This document shows positions 38,745 through 48,088 of a stretch of 64,000 nt of DNA, piece after piece. Numbering within the stretch: the stretch's first letter is position 1; the number at the start of each line of letters is the position of its first letter. The stretch covers positions 156,793-220,792 of the forward strand of contig CAWANZ010000007.1 of assembly GCA_963783665.1 (NCBI GenBank), written 5' to 3'. Under the pieces are notes generated by a model. The model saw only the letters and a list, made by a program, of their open reading frames with translations. It made no database searches and was not told the DNA's origin. The translations under genes and the position numbers were made by a program. Origin of the DNA: Candidatus Aminicenantes bacterium. GTDB taxonomy: Bacteria > Acidobacteriota > Aminicenantia > Aminicenantales > UBA4085.

Positions 38745-39562
38745 AACCCATCACCGCTCTGATCGTCGACGACGAGGCGCTCTGCCGCAAAGGGATCCGG
38801 ATTCTCCTCGAGGCCGATCCCGATTATCGGATCATCGGGGAGTGCGCCAACGGTCGCGACGCGATCCGGGAGATTTCCCGCTTAAAGCCGGATGTCGTGT
38901 TCCTGGATATTCACATGCCCGAGGTCGGCGGGTTCGACGTTCTCAAGGCGCTCCCGCCGGATGCTTGGCCGCTCGTCATTTTCGTGACGGCTTACGACGA
39001 GTACGCCGTCCGGGCCTTCGAAGTGAGGGCCCTGGATTATGTCTTGAAGCCGTTCGCCCGGCCGCGTTTCATGTCCACCCTGGCCGGGATTAAAACCCGC
39101 CTTCGGGAGAAATCGGCCTCGGCGTTCGGCGCCTCGCTTCGGGATCTCGTCTCGGGCTGGGAGGCCGGCGGAACCCAAGAATCTCCGGTCCCCGCCGTCG
39201 GCGGAAACGATTCCCGGATCGACCGCCTTCTGGTCGACGACAAGGAGTCCCATAAGATCGTCTGGGTCAAGGACCTCGAATGGATCGAAGGGGCGGATTA
39301 CTATGTCCATCTCCATACGCGGAACGCGTCTTACCTCTACCGGGAACGCCTGAAGAACCTGGAGCGACGGCTGCCGGCCGAATCGTTCTTCCGGGTGCAT
39401 AAATCGGCGATCATCAACCTCCGCTGCCTGGACAAGCTGGTCAAGGACGCTCGGAACCAGGTCGTCGCCCTGCTCGTTTCGGGCGCCAGGGTCAACGTCA
39501 GCCGCAGCCGGAAAGAGAAGCTCTTCGCCGCCTGCCGGCCGCGAACGGACTCCGGGCGATGA
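38741..39562 (+). CDS. LytTR-family response regulator
   Basis: Receiver domain (ALIVDDEALC..PDVVFLDIHMP) plus LytTR domain (FFRVHKSAIINL). It overlaps the kinase stop by 4 nt. Confidence 0.9.
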   Translation: MKPITALIVDDEALCRKGIRILLEADPDYRIIGECANGRDAIREISRLKPDVVFLDIHMPEVGGFDVLKALPPDAWPLVIFVTAYDEYAVRAFEVRALDYVLKPFARPRFMSTLAGIKTRLREKSASAFGASLRDLVSGWEAGGTQESPVPAVGGNDSRIDRLLVDDKESHKIVWVKDLEWIEGADYYVHLHTRNASYLYRERLKNLERRLPAESFFRVHKSAIINLRCLDKLVKDARNQVVALLVSGARVNVSRSRKEKLFAACRPRTDSGR

Positions 39563-39615
39563 ATCCGCGGCCGAAACCGGCCTGATCTCCCTTCTCGTAA
39601 TCCCTAAATTCAACC

Positions 39616-41108
39616 TCAGGGCGACTTGCTCGGATCGATCCGGATAGTGACGAACGTCTTCGTCCCGAGATTTCCGTTTATGAAAACAAAATGATAATCG
39701 CCGATGAACCCCGGCCCGGGCTGCCAATAAAGAATTCCATGTTTGGAATCGAACGTCGTCCCGAGCGGCAGAGGCCGGAGATCCGTTCCCACGCAGAGAT
39801 ACGCTTCGAACGGTCGGGTGTGAGCGTCAGACTGGAGACCGGCTTCCCCCACGCCTCGAGGATCGAGGGAAACGACGATTCTTTCCAATTCGGGAAGCGA
39901 TATTCTGAAGGCCCCTTCGCGGTCCGGATCGACCTGCTCGCTTGGCCCGTTGAGGCGATATCCCTTGCGGACATTGACGGGGTTCACCTTGTCGGAAACC
40001 AAACCTCGGAGCTCTTCGATTGAACTCCTTCCGCCGCTCGACGATGGCGTTGCGCTTCCGGCGTTCCAAATTTCAAAATACCGGCTGCCGATTCCGTCGG
40101 TGTTTCCGGCCGAGTCTTCGACGCTCCAGGCGATTGTATGCTTCGCGTCGGCGTAAACCGTCGTATCGAGGCTGAACACTCCTACGGCCCCTCCGGCGTT
40201 CGCATACCCCGGAAATAGCGTCGCAATGTCCGCCCGGTAATGATTGTATGATGGGGGGCCGAGCGGCAATCCGTCGATCCAGACCGTGATTGTCGACCCG
40301 TCGACCGGAATTGAATTGGGCATCGGCGTCAGAGCCCAGCCGAAATTGAAATAGGGGCTTCCCGAGGCCGTTCCCCCCTGGGCCGGTGTATCGATCGCCC
40401 CGAACGGGAGAATGGCATTTGCGTTGTCGCAGGAGATCATCCGCCGCCCGAGATCAGTCTGGTGCCCTTCTTGATCCACGGCGACCGCCGTAAGGGTGAA
40501 TGTTCCGTTTCCCCCGGCGGGGAGGAAATTCGTCAGAAGCATATACCCCCAGCCCGCTCGATCATTGAGAGGAAATCCGGGAAAGGCCAGCTCGACATCA
40601 GGACGGGCCCCCTCCACAAAAATAGCCTTACCGATAAAGACGAGGCCGTTCCATCCGGCCGGTTCGCTGCCGACGGGATCGCGGTAAATCTCGACGATCT
40701 GAACCTCGATGTCATCGAGAGCCCAGCCGGTGACCGGGATTGAACCGGACAAGCCCGTCGTCCCGTCGGTTGGGGTGTCGAAGAATCCGAATGGCGACAG
40801 GGTCGTTCCGGCCTCGTACAGATGGAGCGTGACGGAGATCGTCAGGGGGGAATTGACGGCCGCGGGGTCCTGAATGGAGATCGTTTCCGTGAACGTCCCC
40901 GGGACGAGCCCGTCGGGATCGACCCAGACGCTGAGCTCGGCCTGGTCGATTCCCGCGTCGGGGGAAAATTTGATCCAGGGAGAAGAGGCGACGGCCGTCC
41001 AATTCAACGGGGCGTCTCCGGCGTTGCTGATCCGGACGAATTGTGTCGCCGTCGCGGGGCCCCCGATACCGGCGCCGAAGTCGAGGCGTGTTTTATCCAG
41101 GGCGATGA
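39616..41108 (-). repeat. paralogous ~500-aa C-terminal module, copy 2 (partner 18818-20335 plus strand)
   Basis: See copy 1. The homology begins at ..IIALDKTRLDFGAG.. and runs to the stop codon. Confidence 0.8.
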
Positions 41109-43044
41109 TTGGCGCGGGAACGATGGTCATCGCGAAAAGTCCGCCGGCGCCGGCGCTGGCGAAGACCGTTTCCGGGGCGCCCGGAGCGAAGGCCACGTCG
41201 ACGATGCCCAGAGAGGTCAATCCGTTGTTCAACGGAGTCCAGGAGGCGGCGCCGTCGAGGCTTTGATAGACGCCGGAGGCCTCCGTTCCGATGATGATCT
41301 TGGCCGTGTCGCCGGGATTAACGGCGATGGCCGTGACCGTGACGCTCCCCAGGCCGACCGACCGGTTTTGCCACGTCGCTCCTCCGTCTTCGGAACGGAA
41401 GAAGCCGGAGACCGTTCCGGCGAAGAATGTGGCGGGATTCTGGGAACCGGCCTCCAGGCAGCGAGTGGACGCCGCCAGATCGGAGGCCGTCCACGTTTCG
41501 GCTCCGTTGTCGGTCCGAAATACGCCGGAGGCCGTCGCGGTCAATAGAATTTGCGGATTCGCGGGATCGGAGACGAGGTCCCTGATATCCTGGGAGATCA
41601 GACCGGAGTTTTTTCCCGTCCAATTCGCCCCGCCGTCGGCGCTGACGAAGACTCCTCCCGCGGTCGCCGCATACAGCGTTTCCGTCGGCGCCGAAGGCAC
41701 CCGGATGACGCGTCTCACGTCTTTCGACGAGAGGTTTTCGTTAAGACCAGTCCATGTTGCGCCGCCATCGTCGCTCCGGAAGACTCCGCCCGGGGAAAAG
41801 CCCATTCCCTCGACGAACGTCTCGGTCCCTGCCAGGAGGTCGTTTCCCCCCGCATTCCCCGCGTCGACGCCTTTGATGTTGTTGTTCCCGACGCCGGTGC
41901 TTCCTTCCTGCCAGCTCACCGCCCCATCCGTGCTTTTCAAAACGCCGCGCGGGCATCCGACATAGACGGCCGCAGCCGTGCTCTGCGTTCGATTATAGGA
42001 TGAGCTTTCGGCCGGCGCGACGGCCAACAACGGTCCGGCCGGGAGCTTTCCGATGCCCGACGAGCTGAACACCCAGGTCAGGCCGCCGTCCGTGCTTTTG
42101 AAGATGCCTTTCTTCCAGGCCACGGCATAGATCACATCGGGATTTGTCGGGTCGAAAAGCATCCTGAAGCGATCCAGCGCGAACAATGGCCAGGATTGCC
42201 CGCCGTCGGAGCTTCTTTGGGTGTTGCAGAAAAAGTTCTCGGGGTCCGAGCTGAGATAGCCCAGGTAGAGCTCCGAGGAATCGGCGGGATTGACGGCGAT
42301 CGACCAGGCAAGATAATTCGTGAGCTTATCCCAACGGATTCCTCCGTCCGTCGTTTTATAAAGTCCATAGGTATTGAGGACATAAAGACATAAGGCGTTG
42401 CCGGGATCGATCGCCAAGTCGTGCGGATACGTCTCTCCCCAGGATGAAGAGGTCGACCATGTCTCGCCGCTGTCGGCGCTGATTCCCAGCTGATAACCCA
42501 AGGCATAGAGCTTCTCCGGTTGGCCGGGGGCGAACTTGAGGACGTTGACGGTGGGAAGGGCGAGCGTTTGAATCCAGCTCAGGCCCGCGTCTTCGCTTTT
42601 GTATACGCCGGCCGAAGTTCCGGCGAAAACGGTTTGATCGTTTTCCGGGGAAACCGCCAGACTGCGGATATCCAAGGAAGACGATTCCCGCTCCCAGCTT
42701 CCGCCGCCGTCCAGGCTTCGGTAACAGCCGGCCGAGGTCCCCGCGTAGAGCAGGGAGCCGTTTTGATGAGAGATGCCCAGGCCCTTGATTTCGAGCGTTT
42801 CGGTCAGGATTCCCGAGATCGACGTCCATAAGGCGCCCCCATTCGTCGTTTTATAGAGCCCGCCGCCGACCATGAGGGCGTAGAGAACTTGGGGGGATTG
42901 CGGGTCCATCACCAGCTTGCCGACGTCTCCGCCGTCGGGTCCCGTCCTTGACCAGCGGTTGTTGTCGGCAAACAAGCCCGACATCGTCCCGATGAGCAGA
43001 AAGGAAAAGACAACGAGTGTTTTTAAACGGCGATGGGCGAACAT
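39616..43044 (-). CDS. large secreted BNR/Asp-box beta-propeller protein with the shared ~500-aa C-terminal module
   Basis: The signal peptide is MFAHRRLKTLVVFSFLLIGTMSGLFA. Many S-x-D-x-G-x-x-W repeats follow (TTNGGALW, SLDGGGSW, SEDAGLSW, SADSGETW, TTDGGIRW, SSDGGQSW, STDGGLTW...). The C-terminal 497 aa are paralogous to 18818..20335. Confidence 0.85.
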   Translation of the reverse strand: MFAHRRLKTLVVFSFLLIGTMSGLFADNNRWSRTGPDGGDVGKLVMDPQSPQVLYALMVGGGLYKTTNGGALWTSISGILTETLEIKGLGISHQNGSLLYAGTSAGCYRSLDGGGSWERESSSLDIRSLAVSPENDQTVFAGTSAGVYKSEDAGLSWIQTLALPTVNVLKFAPGQPEKLYALGYQLGISADSGETWSTSSSWGETYPHDLAIDPGNALCLYVLNTYGLYKTTDGGIRWDKLTNYLAWSIAVNPADSSELYLGYLSSDPENFFCNTQRSSDGGQSWPLFALDRFRMLFDPTNPDVIYAVAWKKGIFKSTDGGLTWVFSSSGIGKLPAGPLLAVAPAESSSYNRTQSTAAAVYVGCPRGVLKSTDGAVSWQEGSTGVGNNNIKGVDAGNAGGNDLLAGTETFVEGMGFSPGGVFRSDDGGATWTGLNENLSSKDVRRVIRVPSAPTETLYAATAGGVFVSADGGANWTGKNSGLISQDIRDLVSDPANPQILLTATASGVFRTDNGAETWTASDLAASTRCLEAGSQNPATFFAGTVSGFFRSEDGGATWQNRSVGLGSVTVTAIAVNPGDTAKIIIGTEASGVYQSLDGAASWTPLNNGLTSLGIVDVAFAPGAPETVFASAGAGGLFAMTIVPAPIIALDKTRLDFGAGIGGPATATQFVRISNAGDAPLNWTAVASSPWIKFSPDAGIDQAELSVWVDPDGLVPGTFTETISIQDPAAVNSPLTISVTLHLYEAGTTLSPFGFFDTPTDGTTGLSGSIPVTGWALDDIEVQIVEIYRDPVGSEPAGWNGLVFIGKAIFVEGARPDVELAFPGFPLNDRAGWGYMLLTNFLPAGGNGTFTLTAVAVDQEGHQTDLGRRMISCDNANAILPFGAIDTPAQGGTASGSPYFNFGWALTPMPNSIPVDGSTITVWIDGLPLGPPSYNHYRADIATLFPGYANAGGAVGVFSLDTTVYADAKHTIAWSVEDSAGNTDGIGSRYFEIWNAGSATPSSSGGRSSIEELRGLVSDKVNPVNVRKGYRLNGPSEQVDPDREGAFRISLPELERIVVSLDPRGVGEAGLQSDAHTRPFEAYLCVGTDLRPLPLGTTFDSKHGILYWQPGPGFIGDYHFVFINGNLGTKTFVTIRIDPSKSP

Positions 43045-43160
43045 TCCCCTTTTCCTTGAAAGCCTTGATGAATTAATAAGGCTTCAGTTGGCTTTTGTCA
43101 ATCCGTTCCCCGCGGCCGGAGGGGAATGGTTTGCCGCGAGGATGAATCGCGAAATCCCTC

Positions 43161-43189
43161 TTGACAAATAACTTTCAGGAGAATATTTA
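43161..43189 (+). promoter_or_regulatory. candidate sigma-70-type promoter
   Basis: TTGACA (43161-43166), a 17-nt spacer, then TATTTA (43184-43189), about 60 nt upstream of ATG 43249. This is a pattern match only. Confidence 0.35.
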
Positions 43190-43248
43190 AAAGATATTCG
43201 TTCGGCATGGGGCAGGGGAATGCCCCCATCCGAAAAAAGGAGGGTTCA

Positions 43249-43971
43249 ATGAAATTGTTGCGCGTATCCTCGATGGTGTTCGCCGCCCTGGTTTTGATGA
43301 TCGGCCTGATGGCCGATGGCCATGCCCAGAAAACCGTCCAAGCCGGCAAGTCCGCCGACTGTGTCACGCTCCAGGCCGGCGTTCTCGTGTATGCGTCGTC
43401 TCATTATCTTGCGGGTCAGCCGATCACTCCGGGCTACGATATTTTTGGATACAATTATCAAGCCCACATGTTCAGCGGATCCTATGCCAACGCTTACCTG
43501 GGAGGCTACGGATTTCCTCCTTACGAGGGAGACGATGCGGCCTACCTGGCAATCAATCCGACGGTTGTCGGGGTGTGGTGCTGGCCGTACCGGGCCGACA
43601 ACCTGATCATGAAATGGAACGATGCCTGGATTTCCAATAAGGATTGCGACGGCGACGGAAAGCTCGACCGCCATTTCGGCTTCCCTTCCTACATCGGTTC
43701 CGGAGCATGGACGACGAACCATCAATCCGGGACATATCTTGGAAGCGATGGCGAGGAATACAGTTGGAATTATTTCTGCAAGATCGTCGCCGTTCCCGCG
43801 GATGCCGTTAAAACGAACGGCGTCTGGTACACTCCAGGGGGTGACGAGATCGGGCCCGACATCTGGGGAGAATTCGCCATCATTCAGGAAGTTTACAACG
43901 ACAACGGAACCGGCGAGCACGGCCTGTTATATAAGAGCCCCGTCGCCCCCGGATTCGGCCTCTGGAAATAG
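43249..43971 (+). CDS. hypothetical secreted protein (Gly/Trp/Tyr/Asp-rich)
   Basis: AAGGAGGG precedes ATG 43249, which opens signal peptide MKLLRVSSMVFAALVLMIGLMADGHA. It contains DCDGDGKLD (a calcium-binding-loop-like motif) and several Cys and Trp residues. No family recognised. Confidence 0.6.
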   Translation: MKLLRVSSMVFAALVLMIGLMADGHAQKTVQAGKSADCVTLQAGVLVYASSHYLAGQPITPGYDIFGYNYQAHMFSGSYANAYLGGYGFPPYEGDDAAYLAINPTVVGVWCWPYRADNLIMKWNDAWISNKDCDGDGKLDRHFGFPSYIGSGAWTTNHQSGTYLGSDGEEYSWNYFCKIVAVPADAVKTNGVWYTPGGDEIGPDIWGEFAIIQEVYNDNGTGEHGLLYKSPVAPGFGLWK

Positions 43972-43973
43972 GT

Positions 43974-45209
43974 CTAGGGGCGGATCCGGTCCCGGAGCGC
44001 GCCTTCGGCGGTTGAGCTGACCACGATCATCCGAGACTCGTCGCTCGTGACCAGGCCGGAATAATTCCCCCGCTCCGGCCGGAACAGGCCGCCGCGGCGG
44101 TTGATGGTCCGTTCGGCGGAGGTGAGCCAGCGCCGGATGCCCTCATGTTCGGGGTGATGGCGGGGATTTTCGTCGATCGGGTAGAGGACGTGCTTGGCCG
44201 CCCAGTAATCCAGGGCGACCGGGTCCTGCGAGGCCAGCAAGGTGTCGGCCTGCCAGGTGGCTTCGACCGGCCGGCCATCCAGGGATTTGTGGGACACCCA
44301 GATCGCATCGATGATATTGAGAACGGGCGCCCGGACCGAAGCCATCATCTTCCCGGCCGTTTCTCCCAATCCGGCGTAATGCCGGAACTCGTTGTCGACC
44401 CCGTCTTCGATCGAGAGAAGCCCGTACATGTTCTTGAGGGAGGCGGTGATCTCGGATCCGCCTTTGTCGTGGTGCTTGAGGACCGGGACGTTGATGACCT
44501 TGAGGTTCTGGCCGTATCCGGCCCCCGTCCAAATCCCTTCCCGCAGCTCCACCCGCCGCCCGCCGGGGGTGGTGAAACAGGGATAGGAGACATTTTCTAA
44601 GCGGCGGTAGCCGTCGGTCTCGTGGTCGTCGCCGCCGATGAACGTGAAGCGGATCGGGTCGAGAAGAAAGGCGGAAACCCGCGGGTCGTGGAACACGTGA
44701 TCGACGAGGTAAAGGAAGGAATGGCTCTCGTCCACGGCGTTGGCTCGGACCTCGCTGTCCCCGTACCCGGGAATATCGCAGGCGAGACTGCCCCGCCCCT
44801 GGCCATTGTCGAGGATCACAACTTCGCCCCGGAAGCCGTCCGGATGTCCGAGGATCCGGTGAACCAGGCCGCGGACGACGTCGCTGTTCGTGCAGCCCCG
44901 GCACTTCCACTGGGCGTTGACCTTGATCAGGACCACGTCGTCGGGGGCGATGAGTCCCGTCGTCCGGGCCGAAGATCCCTGGCCCGAGGCGCGATAAAGC
45001 GGAAGCCTCCGTCTTTCCATGAGGGCCAGAAGCGCGTCGACGCCGAGATGGCTTCGGCCGTCGTCGCCGAACGGCGGATCGGGGATTTCGTCAACGTGAA
45101 GAATCAGGGAAAATCCGCCTTCGGGGCCGGCCGGCCCGGTCTGGCTCAAACCGAATCGGGACAGCAGGGTGGAGGCGCCTAGGGTCCCGAGGAAGATGCG
45201 GCGATTCAT
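43974..45209 (-). CDS. DUF362 domain protein with twin-arginine signal
   Basis: The likely start is ATG 45209 (MNRRIFLGTLGASTLL, a Tat-type RR motif). The body DDVVLIKVNAQWKCRG..VVILDNGQG matches DUF362 as I recall it. The track ORF extends to 45461. Confidence 0.6.
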   Translation of the reverse strand: MNRRIFLGTLGASTLLSRFGLSQTGPAGPEGGFSLILHVDEIPDPPFGDDGRSHLGVDALLALMERRRLPLYRASGQGSSARTTGLIAPDDVVLIKVNAQWKCRGCTNSDVVRGLVHRILGHPDGFRGEVVILDNGQGRGSLACDIPGYGDSEVRANAVDESHSFLYLVDHVFHDPRVSAFLLDPIRFTFIGGDDHETDGYRRLENVSYPCFTTPGGRRVELREGIWTGAGYGQNLKVINVPVLKHHDKGGSEITASLKNMYGLLSIEDGVDNEFRHYAGLGETAGKMMASVRAPVLNIIDAIWVSHKSLDGRPVEATWQADTLLASQDPVALDYWAAKHVLYPIDENPRHHPEHEGIRRWLTSAERTINRRGGLFRPERGNYSGLVTSDESRMIVVSSTAEGALRDRIRP

Positions 45210-45363
45210 ACTATGCCTATAGGAATTATTAAGAACTGACAATATAGGCCGGAAACGGCAGTTTGGCAAGCCGGCGAGGAGGGCGAGCGGATGGGCGGTG
45301 GGGGTAAAGAAGGCGAACGATATCAGGGGAGACGGGGCCGGTTCGGACGGGGGCGCGCCGCTC

Positions 45364-46758
45364 TCAGGACGACCCCGGCCTTTGACTGACCCAGGTCTTG
45401 CTTTGCGCGTCGAAGTACCGCACGCCTTCGCGGAGCTTCCGCCGCAACGCCGCCTTGTCAAGGGGAGTTGAGACCGGATTCTTTTGGAAGGCAGTGCGAT
45501 ATGCGTGGCTGAGAGCGTCCGTCAGGGTGACTTGGGGAGGATTCAGCGCTTCGTCGAAATCGTAATAGACCAGGCCCCAGCATGATTCCGCCCGGAGGAA
45601 GCTGTCGTCGAATTTTTGGATCATGGTGACCATCCCCCGCGAGAACAAGACCGGATCAAGCTCTGTTGAGGCGAAACGAAGATAATGCCGGGCCGTTCCT
45701 TCCGGCATTCCGGAGAACATCCGGGCTTCGCTTTGCGGTGAGGTTCCCTTCATGTCCTTCGGATCGAGGACGAAGAGAACCCCCTCGTCGTATTCGTTGT
45801 TGGTACCGACCACGACGATTTCCTTACGCCCGTCCCGGTCGGTGTCGACGACCTCGTAATCGGCCAGCTGCCCGAAGTTCCAGTATTCGCCCAGAACGCG
45901 CTTCTCAAAATCGAGGACGACCAATTGCGCCGGGGCTTCCATGAAGGCATGGGATCCGACTACGATTTCCGGGCGATCGTCTCCGACGACATCCCGGGCC
46001 TCGAGGATGTTGATGACGAAGCCCGGCGGATAACGCCTGCCGCCGACGATGACGTCCTTCCCGCAGTCGAATCTCCAGATGAGGGATCCCCGGTCGTCGA
46101 AGAGGCAGAGAATCCCAACGTTCATGTCATCGGCTGCTTGGGGGGCAAAGAGGACCTCGTTCCGGCCGTCCCCATCCCGGTCAAGGAAGATGATAAACGG
46201 AAAGCCGGTGAAGTCGTGTCCTTCAACCGATATCCTCTTTTTTGCCGGAAAGCGTTCCCGGTAGTATTCTTCCCCGCGAAGCCGGGCAAGCCCCGTGTCG
46301 AATAGCCAGAGCCTGCGGCCGTGCTTGTTGCAGACGATCAACCTGGAGCCGTCGATCCTGAAATCCGCGGGATTTCGGTCCAGGGAGGGAATAACGATGT
46401 ACGCCGCGGCCGCGAGGAGGACAAGCCCGGCAATGGCCGGAATGAAATTTCTAAATCCGCTCCGGCCGGCCTTTTCGGTGTGATTCTCGACCGGGGCTGG
46501 GTCGCCGTTGGCTGTCACGTTTTTCGTCCGGAACGCGGTCTTCCTCCAGGTCTCGATTTCCCCTGGATAGGCGATAACCCGGGACCGCGTGGAATCTTTT
46601 ATCCGGTGGACCGGCAAGCCGAAAGACTGCTCCCAACGCTGGCAGGTCCGGACGTCGACGTTCAGGAAAGCCGAGATCTCCTTCCAGGATGAAAGAGGCT
46701 CGTCCGCCGGCGTCTGTGCCTTCGGCGGGGGCGGATGATTCGGATTCGTCTCGGCCAT
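45364..46758 (-). CDS. membrane-tethered helix-turn-helix protein with extracytoplasmic FG-GAP/VCBS-like repeats
   Basis: The N-terminal HTH is SWKEISAFLNVDVRTCQRWEQSFGLPVHRI. A single TM segment follows (FIPAIAGLVLLAAAAYIVI). Then come DRDGDGRNEVLF, DVVGDDRPEIVVG and DTDRDGRKEIVVVG repeats. Confidence 0.65.
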   Translation of the reverse strand: MAETNPNHPPPPKAQTPADEPLSSWKEISAFLNVDVRTCQRWEQSFGLPVHRIKDSTRSRVIAYPGEIETWRKTAFRTKNVTANGDPAPVENHTEKAGRSGFRNFIPAIAGLVLLAAAAYIVIPSLDRNPADFRIDGSRLIVCNKHGRRLWLFDTGLARLRGEEYYRERFPAKKRISVEGHDFTGFPFIIFLDRDGDGRNEVLFAPQAADDMNVGILCLFDDRGSLIWRFDCGKDVIVGGRRYPPGFVINILEARDVVGDDRPEIVVGSHAFMEAPAQLVVLDFEKRVLGEYWNFGQLADYEVVDTDRDGRKEIVVVGTNNEYDEGVLFVLDPKDMKGTSPQSEARMFSGMPEGTARHYLRFASTELDPVLFSRGMVTMIQKFDDSFLRAESCWGLVYYDFDEALNPPQVTLTDALSHAYRTAFQKNPVSTPLDKAALRRKLREGVRYFDAQSKTWVSQRPGSS

Positions 46759-46808
46759 GAAAAAACAGTTTATGGAAAGAGATGTCCAGCGTCAATAGAA
46801 TGTGGAAC

Positions 46809-46837
46809 TTGACTTCACCTCCTCCCAGCCCTATATT
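46809..46837 (+). promoter_or_regulatory. candidate promoter of ssrA
   Basis: TTGACT (46809-46814), a 17-nt spacer, then TATATT (46832-46837). It ends 26 nt before the mature tmRNA 5' end. Confidence 0.45.
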
Positions 46838-46863
46838 CATATCCGTCCAAAACTCTTTCTCAA

Positions 46864-47211
46864 GGGGGCGTATGGATTCGACGGAGATAATGAGGCGAAA
46901 GATGCATGCCGAGATCCCATCTCTCTCGTTAAACGGTGGAACCCAAGTAAGTGCCAACACACTTCCTCTCGCTGCTTAAGTAATTAGGCAGCCGTTCCCC
47001 AGGCCCTCTCCCACGGGGCCTCCGGAGCGCCAACCTGTGGGATAGCGAGCCGGGTCGGTCTTGAGCCCGGCGAGCGAAACAACATCGAGACTGGCCGAGC
47101 GGCCCCTTCCTCTTCGGGAACCGCGAGGCGAGATTAAAGAAGAGGATAAGCATGTAGATTCTTCCCGCTGAATGTCTTCGGACGCGGGTTCGATTCCCGC
47201 CGCCTCCACCA
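46864..47211 (+). ncRNA. ssrA: tmRNA (transfer-messenger RNA)
   Basis: The 5' end is GGGGGCGTATGGATTCGACGG. The 3' end is GGACGCGGGTTCGATTCCCGCCGCCTCCACCA (T-arm plus acceptor plus CCA). The acceptor stem pairs 5'-GGGGGCG with CGCCTCC-3', including the G3:U70 alanine identity pair. The internal tag frame GCC AAC ACA CTT CCT CTC GCT GCT TAA (46953-46979) encodes ANTLPLAA. Confidence 0.93.
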
Positions 47212-47309
47212 TTCCTTCTACTTTGGTTCTCCGCTTATTTATGTTAAAATACATCTGTTATGGCATGCCTTGAAATTCAGCCCGCGATTTCTTTCTGCGG
47301 ACGGCTTCG

Positions 47310-48078
47310 TTGTTTTTGGCCGCCGCCCTCACGGCCGGAATCGCCGGGCCCTACGCTTTTACCGGAGGCGAACGAATCCTCGTCTTCCGCCCCCTCCGTA
47401 ACATCATCATCGACCCCGGACACGGAGGAGTGAAACCGGGCGCTAAAGGAAAATTCGGTACCCTGGAAAAGGACGTCACTCTGGCCGTGAGCCTCAAGCT
47501 CAAAGCCCTCATCGAGAAAACCATGCCCTTCCGGGTCATCCTGACCCGGGACAAGGATCTCGACGTCTCCCTGGAAAGCCGGGCGGCCGTGGCCAACAAC
47601 AACGACGCCCAGGTCTTCATCAGCATCCACGCCAACGGCTCAGTCCGAAGCAAGTCGCACGGGGCGGAGACCTTTTTCATGAATGTGAACGCCTCGGACG
47701 AGGAAACCCGGAAGCTGGCCTACCTTGAAAACACCGGCGAGGAGCTGGAAAAGCGCATCGCCGACGAGGCCCAGGACGCGGTTAAGATGATCCTCTGGGA
47801 CATGGCCCAAGCCGCCTATGTCCGGCAGAGCCAGCGGCTGGCCGAGATGGTCCAGGAGGATCTTAACCTCGAGCTCGGGCTGGAAAACAGGGGGATCAAG
47901 CAGGCGGCGTTCAAGGTCCTCCAGGGCGTGGCCTGCCCGGCCATTCTGGTCGAAGCTCGCCTTCATCTCCAATCCGGAAGAGGAACGGAAGCTCGGCGAC
48001 GAGTTTTACCAGCAGCGCCTGGCCGAATCGATCCACCGGGGCCTTGTCCGTTACCTGAGGCTCTTCCCCCAGAAGTAA
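47310..48078 (+). CDS. N-acetylmuramoyl-L-alanine amidase (Amidase_3 family); one frame break near 47955
   Basis: It contains IIIDPGHGG..GTLEKDVTLAV..VFISIHANG..AETFF. After ..ACPAILVE the frame shifts to ..LAFISNPEEERKL..LRLFPQK (track ORF 47818..48078). The start codon is uncertain. Confidence 0.8.
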
Positions 48079-48088
48079 GTTCCGTCCG

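Noticed and set aside
47212-47309. A genomic island integrated at the tmRNA 3' end, which is a common integration hotspot.
   Set aside because: Only 98 nt separate ssrA from the amidase gene. There is no integrase and no direct repeat of the ssrA 3' end in the window.
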